Source of the DNA: Vitrella brassicaformis CCMP3155
Lineage: Eukaryota; Protista; Chromerida
DNA length: 64,000 bases
Direction: 5' to 3'
Assembly: GCA_001179505.1 (NCBI GenBank)
Contig: CDMY01000198.1
Location: 1-64,000, forward strand
The notes beneath the pieces were generated by a model that worked only from the letters and a program-made list of their open reading frames with translations, did no database searches and was not told the origin of the DNA. Below are positions 56,387 through 64,000 of the stretch, piece after piece; positions within the stretch are counted from its first letter, which is position 1; each line of letters opens with the position of its first letter. Both the position numbers and the translations under genes were made by a program.

Positions 56387-57082
56387 CTACGGCTCCTCGG
56401 GCTCTCTAAAGCAGCCGCAGCAGTCGGGGCAGTCGAGCAGCCACGCCCCGCATCTGCTCTCAGCGCACCGGTCGATGCGGTCGGCAAGCCCGATAGCAAA
56501 GCGGAGGGCGACGAACATGAGTGCGACCGCAAGGCAGACTCCCGACCAGAAGACACCGTGGAAAGTCTGACCGCTTGTCGCGAGTATGACGATGGCGATC
56601 GCCAGAAACAGAACTGCCATCCAGAGGTAAAAGCAGCCGACCCGCCTCTGTCAACACAGAATGAATGACGCACGCACACATCTCAAATGAAATGGCCATC
56701 CATCCCTGCCCCCCTGTCGCCTTACTTGTTTTCGTGCGGCATCGCTCTCGCGTAGTGCCGGTGGTTGTCCCAGCCCCTCCACGCCCGCCTCGACCCTTAT
56801 GGAAGGCTGGCCCTCCCCGCCATGCCCAGGGAAGCTGTTAGCGTCGATTGTCACGTCGTCAGCTGTCAGATCTGGGTGATCCGGGAACTTGATCAGGGCC
56901 GCACTGTAGCCGTCAAGGACCGGAGCAAATGCAGCTTTGAGCAACCTTTGAAGCTCACTGCGAAGAATGCCACGCCTGAAGGATATCGATGTGCTGTTCG
57001 GAAGGTTCACAAGCCGCTGAAATGTCCGCTCATCTGGCCGGTTGTCGTAGAATCGGAGGCGGAACTCCAGCCGTATGCTCAT
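56387..57082 (-). CDS. Small membrane protein: soluble N-domain, two TM helices, Cys-rich tail
   Basis: Exon 1 MSIRLEFRLRFYDN...ARKQ splices in phase 0 to RRVGCFYLWMAVLFLAIAIVIL..FWSGVCLAVALMFVALRF..RCGAWLLDCPDCCGCFREPEEP*. Confidence 0.55.
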
Positions 57083-57566
57083 CGCCTTCACGTTCACGTT
57101 CGCTGACGGCTGTCTGGTAGGGGAGATCTGCCGCCGCGTCACTCACTGCGGAAGAAATGGATGAATGATGGAAATGCTGAAGTGGCACGCGGTCAAATGA
57201 GGGTGGGATCTGCCGCACAGCTGTCCTCCACAACGCCCCTTTCAACTCTTCTCCTCAGCGATCGGCGTTTGTGCGAGCTCGAGTCGTAAGCAGCCAAGGA
57301 GGGCAAGGGTTGGGCAAGGAGGCTGTGAGCCAAAGGCCGCAAAGGAGAAAGCAGGGTCCCTCCAGCTGCCATCTTTCCTTCTGCAGCCCTTCCGAATTCC
57401 GCATTGCACCTCCTCCCCATCCCATCTGTGAGAGTCGACTCGGAGGCGTCCGTCAGCTGTGGCCTGCCTGCCGTGTGCGAGGTTGCTGGCTGGGTGCTGG
57501 CTGGCTGGCTGGCGAGTGAAGGAGGGGAGTGTGGTTGTTGCTCCCTGCCCGCGGTTCGTGACGGCG

Positions 57567-58354
57567 ATGGCGGAGCCTCGCTTTGATCTGGAGCAGGAGA
57601 CCAGCGCACTGCGCGAGGAATACTACAGCGTACGGAACCAACCACACTCCACACACGAAGGGAAGGATGCTATGCACGTGGCGACTTGGACATCTGCGTG
57701 TGTCTTGTGTTTGTGTGTTTTTGTGTATGTATGTGCAGCAAGCGCAGGCGTCCAACCCCTCCCCCCGGCTTCAGTTCGAGTATGCCTGCCTGCTCTCATG
57801 CAGCCCCAACAGAGAGGAGATCAGGGAGGCACTCGAACTCTTCAACGAACTGCTGGAGATCGGATTCGACAGGTGGGTGGGTATGAGATGGATGGGAGGT
57901 ACTGTCACGTGCTGTGTTGTGTGTTGTGTGTTGTTGCGGTGCAGGCCTGATTGTTTGTACCAGATCAGTTTGGCCCACTTGAAGCTGGGCGAATATGCCC
58001 TGGCCAAAAGACGGGTCGAAATGCTCCTCAGAATAGTAAGCAAGCCGACCCAACAGAGCCAGGCTAACCACAGGAACACAAGGAGGACCATTGCGTTGTG
58101 GTGTTTTGCTTGATCAATCCAATCAGGATCCGAGGAATTTGTCAGCCCTCTCCCTCCACTCCCTCATCATGGACCGGACATCTCACGGTCAGTCAGCAGA
58201 AGAATATCGCATCCAACACACTCGCCTTCCATGGATGTCTGTGTGTGTGTTTGGCTGAGCAGACGGCATCGTGGGTACGATCATCATTTTGGCAGTGACG
58301 GCCGGGGTGGTCATTTATCTCATCCAGACATGGAGAAAGAAAATGCAACACTGA
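57567..58354 (+). CDS. FIS1: Mitochondrial fission protein FIS1
   Basis: QFEYACLLSCS..EIREALELFNEL, DCLYQISLAHLKLGEYALAKRRVEMLLRI, DPRNLSALSL, C-terminal TM GIVGTIIILAVTAGVVIYLI followed by basic WRKK. Confidence 0.93.
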
Positions 58355-58358
58355 CTCT

Positions 58359-58414
58359 CTCGCCCACTCGCCCACTCGCCCACTCGCCCACTCGCCCACT
58401 CGCCCACTCGCCCA
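58359..58414. repeat. Minisatellite (CTCGCCCA)x7 just downstream of the FIS1 stop
   Basis: Seven exact 8-bp units. Confidence 0.95.
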
Positions 58415-59773
58415 CTCGCTCGTGCATCCATGCACCCGTCCGTCCGTCCATCCGTGCGTGTCTGTGTGTGCATCCATGTGAGAGGGGAGAGCTGCAGACA
58501 GTGCATCAATGGGGGTAGGGAGGGGGTGACTGACTTACTGACTGACTGACTTCTGAGGGCCGTGCGTGAGTCACGAGTCCAGGCCACACACAGTCCCGAC
58601 GAGGGACCGATTTGTATCATATCCTATGCTGCTATCGTACCAATCATATACCCTACCCATGGGAACAGAGGGAGGCGGGGAGGGGGAAGGGCTCTGCTGC
58701 ACACGGGAGAGAGATCGTCCGTCTTGCATTGATTGCATCCACGTGCCTTGTCGCTATTTTTGAGGCTGGTGGAGGCTTCCTGACTGACTCACTCACTCAC
58801 TCAGTCACCTGTCGACCTCTTTCTCGCCCCGTGTGTCTATCTGCGTTACTCATTCATTTTCTCTGCCAGCGTTGTTTGTCTTTTCTCGTTTTGCTGTCGA
58901 TCTTGGATTCGTTCGCTATGTGGTGGTCTGCACGTTTGCGTGCTCCGTTGCCGCCGGTCAGCTTGATGTGCGGTGCTCAGTGGTCACTCGATCGCCGCAG
59001 ATTGAGTCGAACAGCGGTAGCATGAAACGTGCATGGGCGGCCCATCCACGGAGCGGCCCCAGAGGATAATGCGTTTTACTGCGATACACACCATGATGGC
59101 TGTGCGAACTGTGTGCGCTGCACATCGGTCTGACGGCATTCCGTCTCCGCTGCTGTGTCATGGGGACAGTGAACGACACAAGTTTCACGAACCCCCTGGC
59201 GATGCAGTGTGGATGGGTTGCCGTCAGCCGAAGCAGGTGCTCACATGTGGGGGGGTGCGCTTCGGTCTCCCCTTTCCCACCTACCCGCCCCGTGATGTCG
59301 TTCGTTTCTTTGTCGGTCCGTGTCGCGTCTGGGTGTCTTCTTTTCGCCCTCTCCTTGTCTCTGAGTGTGTGAGCCGTTCGTTCATGCAGCACAGGGTCGG
59401 GTTGGCCGCTCTTCCCCTCCCTCTTACATTCCTACATCCGCGTGTCTGTCTTGTCATGCTTCTTGGCTCTTTGTCTACATGTCCCTCCCTCTGTCTGTCT
59501 GTCGAGTGTGTGGCTTGCCTGCCTGCAATGGATGGATGGATGGATGAGTGGCTGCCTGGATGGCTGTAGTGTAGTTGTATACAGACAGACATACGGACTT
59601 GCACATGAGTGAGTGACTGCGTGTGCGTGTGTGGGGCACGCCACGCATGATGAACATTCGGACGGACACATTTATAACCCCTCTGTGTGTGCCGCCCGCG
59701 TATGGGAGACGGGCAGCACAAGTAAACACCACGCGCGCACAACATACACATGCACACGCACACACGTGTCTGG

Positions 59774-62700
59774 CTACCCGAATGAGCACAGTCTGAGTAG
59801 CATCATCAGCTGCCGCGTCATCTCAGCAAACCGGGCCGTCTGGGGGGAGTCCAGCCGCAGCCGCATCGCGTCAGCTATCTTGCCCGCCTCCTACACACAC
59901 ACACATCCACACACACCACCGACCCCCACAATCATTGCCACTCCATCCACTCGTGTGTCGCCCACCTACCTACCTCTAGTGTCAGCCTGAGCGAGGCGTG
60001 CGTGACGCTGCCCTCAGGGATGGTGCACGCGTCCGCCGACTCCTCCTCAGACTCAACCGCACACGCCAGACTGACCAAAAGCGGACCAGACTTGTGGTCG
60101 GTGGGGTGGATGGGTGTCTGTTAGCCATTTGTGTGTGGAAACCTGGATTTGTTGTGCCAAAACATGACCGGCGTCCAGTCGGTCTCAAAGTCGAGGTCAT
60201 TGGCGTCAAAGTCCTCGTGGTAGACGTTGTCGTGCACCCGGACCAGGAGTGTGTCGCTTTGAGTCTTCTTGTTGTGTCTCGAGCTGGCGATGTCGAAGCA
60301 GCATGCGATGCCGCTCAGGTCCCAGTAGGCCTTGGCCTCCACTCCCACATCCTTGACGCTCACGTGGCCATTCCTCGGCTGCCCCGGGCCGCTGTCCCCT
60401 TCATGTGAGCCGTCCACTGTCTCTCCCCCACCCTCGGCCCCGTTGACAGCATCCTTGGACTGCTCTGGCTGCTGCTCCTGCTGCTGGTTGTTGCCATTCT
60501 TTTCCTTTGCGGCAGGGGATGTCTCGTCTTCTGCGTCCTCGTGGTCGCCCTCGGCCTCCCCCTCTTTGCTCTCATTCTCGCCATTCTCCGTGTGTGTGGG
60601 GCGCGAGAGGCGGCGTGCAAGCAGCTCGGCGTCATGGTCATTCGGCAGACAGTTGATGCCACAACTGAGATGGAGACGCAGACAGACAGACCGACAGACA
60701 GACAGTCTGTCGGCCCGTAGGTATCTCTCCCACTTGCGCAGCTGCAGCAGTAGGTCCGCCGGGGAGAGGATCTGTTCCCTCAGGGCCGCCAGCTCAGGTC
60801 TGTCGGGGCCTTCCAGCTGCACACCGTCCTGATGACATAAAGGGCAAAATGGATACAAATCTGTGTGGGTTCGTTCAAGTCAGGTTGGCTTACTTCTGTG
60901 ATGGCGAACGCGATGAGAAAGTCAGGGCCCTGGAGGAGCAGCTGTGCTGATGTGGCTGACCGAGCCTTGATCTGCCACCAACTGTTTGATGGATACATAC
61001 ACACACACACACACACACACTGCCGTCAGAAAGGAGTGTCGAGCAGTGCCGACCTGTAGGGCAGGTCGAGGGTGCGGTCCTGCGTCAGCGCAAAGGACGC
61101 CAACCTGCATCGTATCGCACCAATTGGGGAGGGAGGGTGCGCAGCACACCTCTTGTGCTGTGTGTGTGTTATGCTATGCGTGCCTGAGTGAGAAGAATGA
61201 GCATTTCCGCGTGCTTTCATCGAATGCGATCTCCCCTATGTTGTCGTCGCACCACGTCAACGCCTGACTGTCCCACAACTGAACCTGAACACAACCCAGA
61301 ACGGTCTCGTCACAAGCTTATGCAGTCAGCACTTGCATCAGTCAGTCTTCTTGCCCACGAACGTTTGGCTCCCTGACGATGACGTTGCTGGGGATGGTGT
61401 ACTCGATCTTCACCGGCTGAATCGAACCAGAGGCCGGCGTGGTCGCATCTGACACACAGACACGAATGAATGAAGAGAAGGAGGGAGACACACAGTGTCC
61501 TTTGCCATCTTTCTGTTCGGCTCAATACCTACCTGTGTTGGGGTAAGACAGTTTCTTCATGGCTTCCTCTGGGGGCGGGACGCTCCTGACTGTCCAGCCC
61601 TTGATCTTTTTGGGGAAGTGGGGGATCGACAGCAGGTCAACGTGGACCATTCCCCCCAACACCACCTCAGAATGGCTGGGGGACAGAAACGCCACTGAGT
61701 CGTACGACGTGTAGAATACGCGCACACCTGCAGACAGACAGACAGACAGACAGACAGCGGACACACAGGGAGGCCTGTGCGTCAACTGGGCGTTCCCCTT
61801 CTCGTCTGTCTCCCATCCCTCACCGATGCAGTGTCCCATTGCCTGCAGTGCAATAGACTTGGGAAGTTCCATGCCGATGCCGATGGAGGGGAAGTCGATG
61901 ACCTTGGCCCTGAAGCCCTTGGACTGCAGGTAGCCCCAGAACCCCACCAGCAGCCCCTTCTGCGTCGGCCACGCGTTCTGCACCTCGTTGCGCCCGTTGG
62001 ACGGCTCGTTCTCAATGTGCTGCGAAATTTGATTTGGGAGGGGGGGGGGGGGNNNNNNNNNNNNNNNNNNNNNNNNNNNNNNNNNNNNNNNNNNNNNNNN
62101 NNNNNNNNNNNNNNNNNNNNNNNNNNNNNNNNNNNNNNNNNNNNNNNNNNNNNNNNNNNNNNNNNNNNNNNNNNNNNNNNNNNNNNNNNNNNNNNNNNNN
62201 NNNNNNNNNNNNNNNNNNNNNNNNNNNNNNNNNNNNNNNNNNNNNNNNNNNNNNNNNNNNNNNNNNNNNNNNNNNNNNNNNNNNNNNNNNNNNNNNNNNN
62301 NNNNNNNNNNNNNNNNNNNNNNNNNNNNNNNNNNNNNNNNNNNNNNNNNNNNGGGGGGGGGGGGGAGACATGACCCGAGCGGCGTGCTGAATGCCTCGGT
62401 CTTGTCCGTTGCTTACCGCCAGCAGGTGTGCTGTGGCGTCGTCGATGGTGTCGAGCTCAACAGTGCGAATCTCATTGATGTACCTGATATGGGGGAAAGG
62501 GAGAGGAGCATGCAGGCACCGAAGGGACGGCAAAACCGCTGCCCGTCCTGATTTACTTGAGGCAGAATTGCTGCCGTGGCGTCAGCCCACCCTCGGCGGC
62601 GCGACACCACTCCCGCAGAATGTCAGAAACCACCTCCTCTGACACAATGCAACACACGAACACACACACACACTGACATTTCTGCCGTCCGTCCATGTCT

Positions 62701-63239
62701 CACCCACCAGCATAGACACACTTCTCCAGCGCACACGTCATGGGGCTCTTGACGACAGCCCCGCCCTTGAGGCCCTCCACACCCCCATAGCCCTCCTCCT
62801 CACGCCAGATGGTCAGAAACGCCGTCAGGTCGCTCTCGTTGCGGGGATCGGGCAGCGAGTAGCACTGCTGGAAGCGGACCCACTCCTTCTGCTGCTTCTT
62901 GGCCCGCTGCTGCTCCTCCAGGTGCTGCTGGCGGTCCCTGTCGGCCTCCATGACTCTGGGCGCCTCCTCCTCGAGACGCGCCGCTTCCTCTGCCCGCATC
63001 TTCTCGAGCATCTCCTGGCGGAGGCGCTCCTCCTGCATGCGACACACACATGCAGCGTATAGATGTGTGAGACCTTAAGGCCGTCGTGCATCTATCTATC
63101 TGTCACATTCACTGACCTCTTCCTTTCGCTTCTTGTCTTCCTCGGCTTTGATTCGGTCCTCTTCCTCCTTTTTCTTGCGCTCCTCCTCCTGCCGCCGCAT
63201 CTCCTCCTCAATGGCCTTCTTGCTGCGCTTCGGAGCCAT
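59774..63239 (-). CDS. DNAI7: Dynein axonemal intermediate chain 7 (CASC1/IC97), with a 300-N gap in an intron
   Basis: Charged coiled-coil N-terminus MAPKRSKKAIEEEMRRQEEERKK, then WVRFQQCYSLPDPRNESDLTAFLTIWREE (Casc1_N-type W..Y..C..PDP..+..L.LW). Later exons DLLSIPHFPKKIKGWTVR and GINCLPND. Confidence 0.8.
62053..62352. other. Assembly gap (300 N) flanked by poly-G
   Basis: Run of N with G runs on both sides. Confidence 1.
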
Positions 63240-63825
63240 CTTGCATGGCCGCTCTCCGCAGAGACAGCGAGCTCGGTGGGGGTCCGAGGGGGCCTGTCCA
63301 GAGCGAGCTTCTGACAGACCGAGAAAGTGCTGACGAATCGCTATCGGTGTTTCAGCTTCGATTTGGCTGCATTCAGAAGGCGGCGGTCCGCACGCGAAGG
63401 GTTAGGGCCGCAGTTCCTCTCAAACACGACGTCAAAGGAATCGAATCGGGGTGGACGTCTTGGAGGGAGTTTTAAGCTGTTTTGGGTAGCTGGGCGCGTC
63501 CAGGGCGATATCTGAGTGTGTATGGCCCATTTCGAGAACTTTTCTCGCAGTGTTGGTTGGTGGCCTGTCGGCGCTGGACATCCCACCCTGACAAGGGAGG
63601 CTGCAGCAGCTGCTGATCTTGCGGGGATCTCGGCTGAGCGTCCCCTGTGATCGCCAGAAGGCGCCCTTCTTGTGTTTCAAGAGGCGCTGCATCCATCTCG
63701 AGTCGCTGGTGTGGAGGTCCCCTCTCTCTGCGGAGCCAAGGCGCTTACGGACGGCCTTTTAGTGGGCGTGTTGGTTTCATATTGGTGACCCCCGTGGCGC
63801 CCCGTGGCGTGTCTCTGGGATCAAG

Positions 63826-64000
63826 ATGGACAGCGACGAGGCTCTGTTTCAGCCTCTAGCCAGGCCGGGGCATGTGGGAGACATCGACTACGACAAGGAC
63901 TGCCAGATCTGCTTCGAGCCCTTCATCTCGGGGCACTTCTTCGACATCCGGCACCCGACCCGCGTCAAGATCGAGACGCTCTGCTGCCGCCAGTCCATCT
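63826..64000 (+). CDS. RING-finger-like protein, 5' fragment (truncated by window edge)
   Basis: MDSDEALFQPLARPGHVGDIDYDKDCQICFEPF...ETLCCRQSI: CxxC followed by a CC motif. Confidence 0.55.
   Translation, partial: MDSDEALFQPLARPGHVGDIDYDKDCQICFEPFISGHFFDIRHPTRVKIETLCCRQSI

Noticed and set aside
62030-62370. Poly-G-flanked gap as a special structure
   Set aside because: Most simply a sequencing dropout at a G-run in a DNAI7 intron; the content is unseen.

Overview
Intron-rich, GC-rich eukaryotic genomic DNA. Introns are short (about 60-120 nt) and full of (CA/GT)n, (GACA)n and (GGAT)n microsatellites. Flagellar genes and a plastid-targeted ribosomal protein fit a chromerid alveolate such as Vitrella brassicaformis (inference). 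Recognisable housekeeping genes: TFIIF large subunit, bS6, M14 carboxypeptidase, DUF3431, DUF2009/UPF0652, ZMYND12, METTL3, an HPR/FASTK-like helical-repeat protein, FIS1, DNAI7/CASC1 and a RING protein. Many are arranged as head-to-head pairs, and a TGCGAGCT motif recurs in several of these short intergenic regions. Interspersed are decaying or duplicated loci: (i) a chimeric, frameshifted axonemal dynein heavy chain pseudogene built from two different paralogs; (ii) four copies of a small kinase family that keeps the catalytic residues but lacks the activation loop/APE segment; (iii) a Pro/Tyr-rich exon family in three copies. No rRNA, tRNA, CRISPR or recognisable transposase was seen. Gene coordinates span introns and were reconstructed by eye, so several gene ends are approximate.
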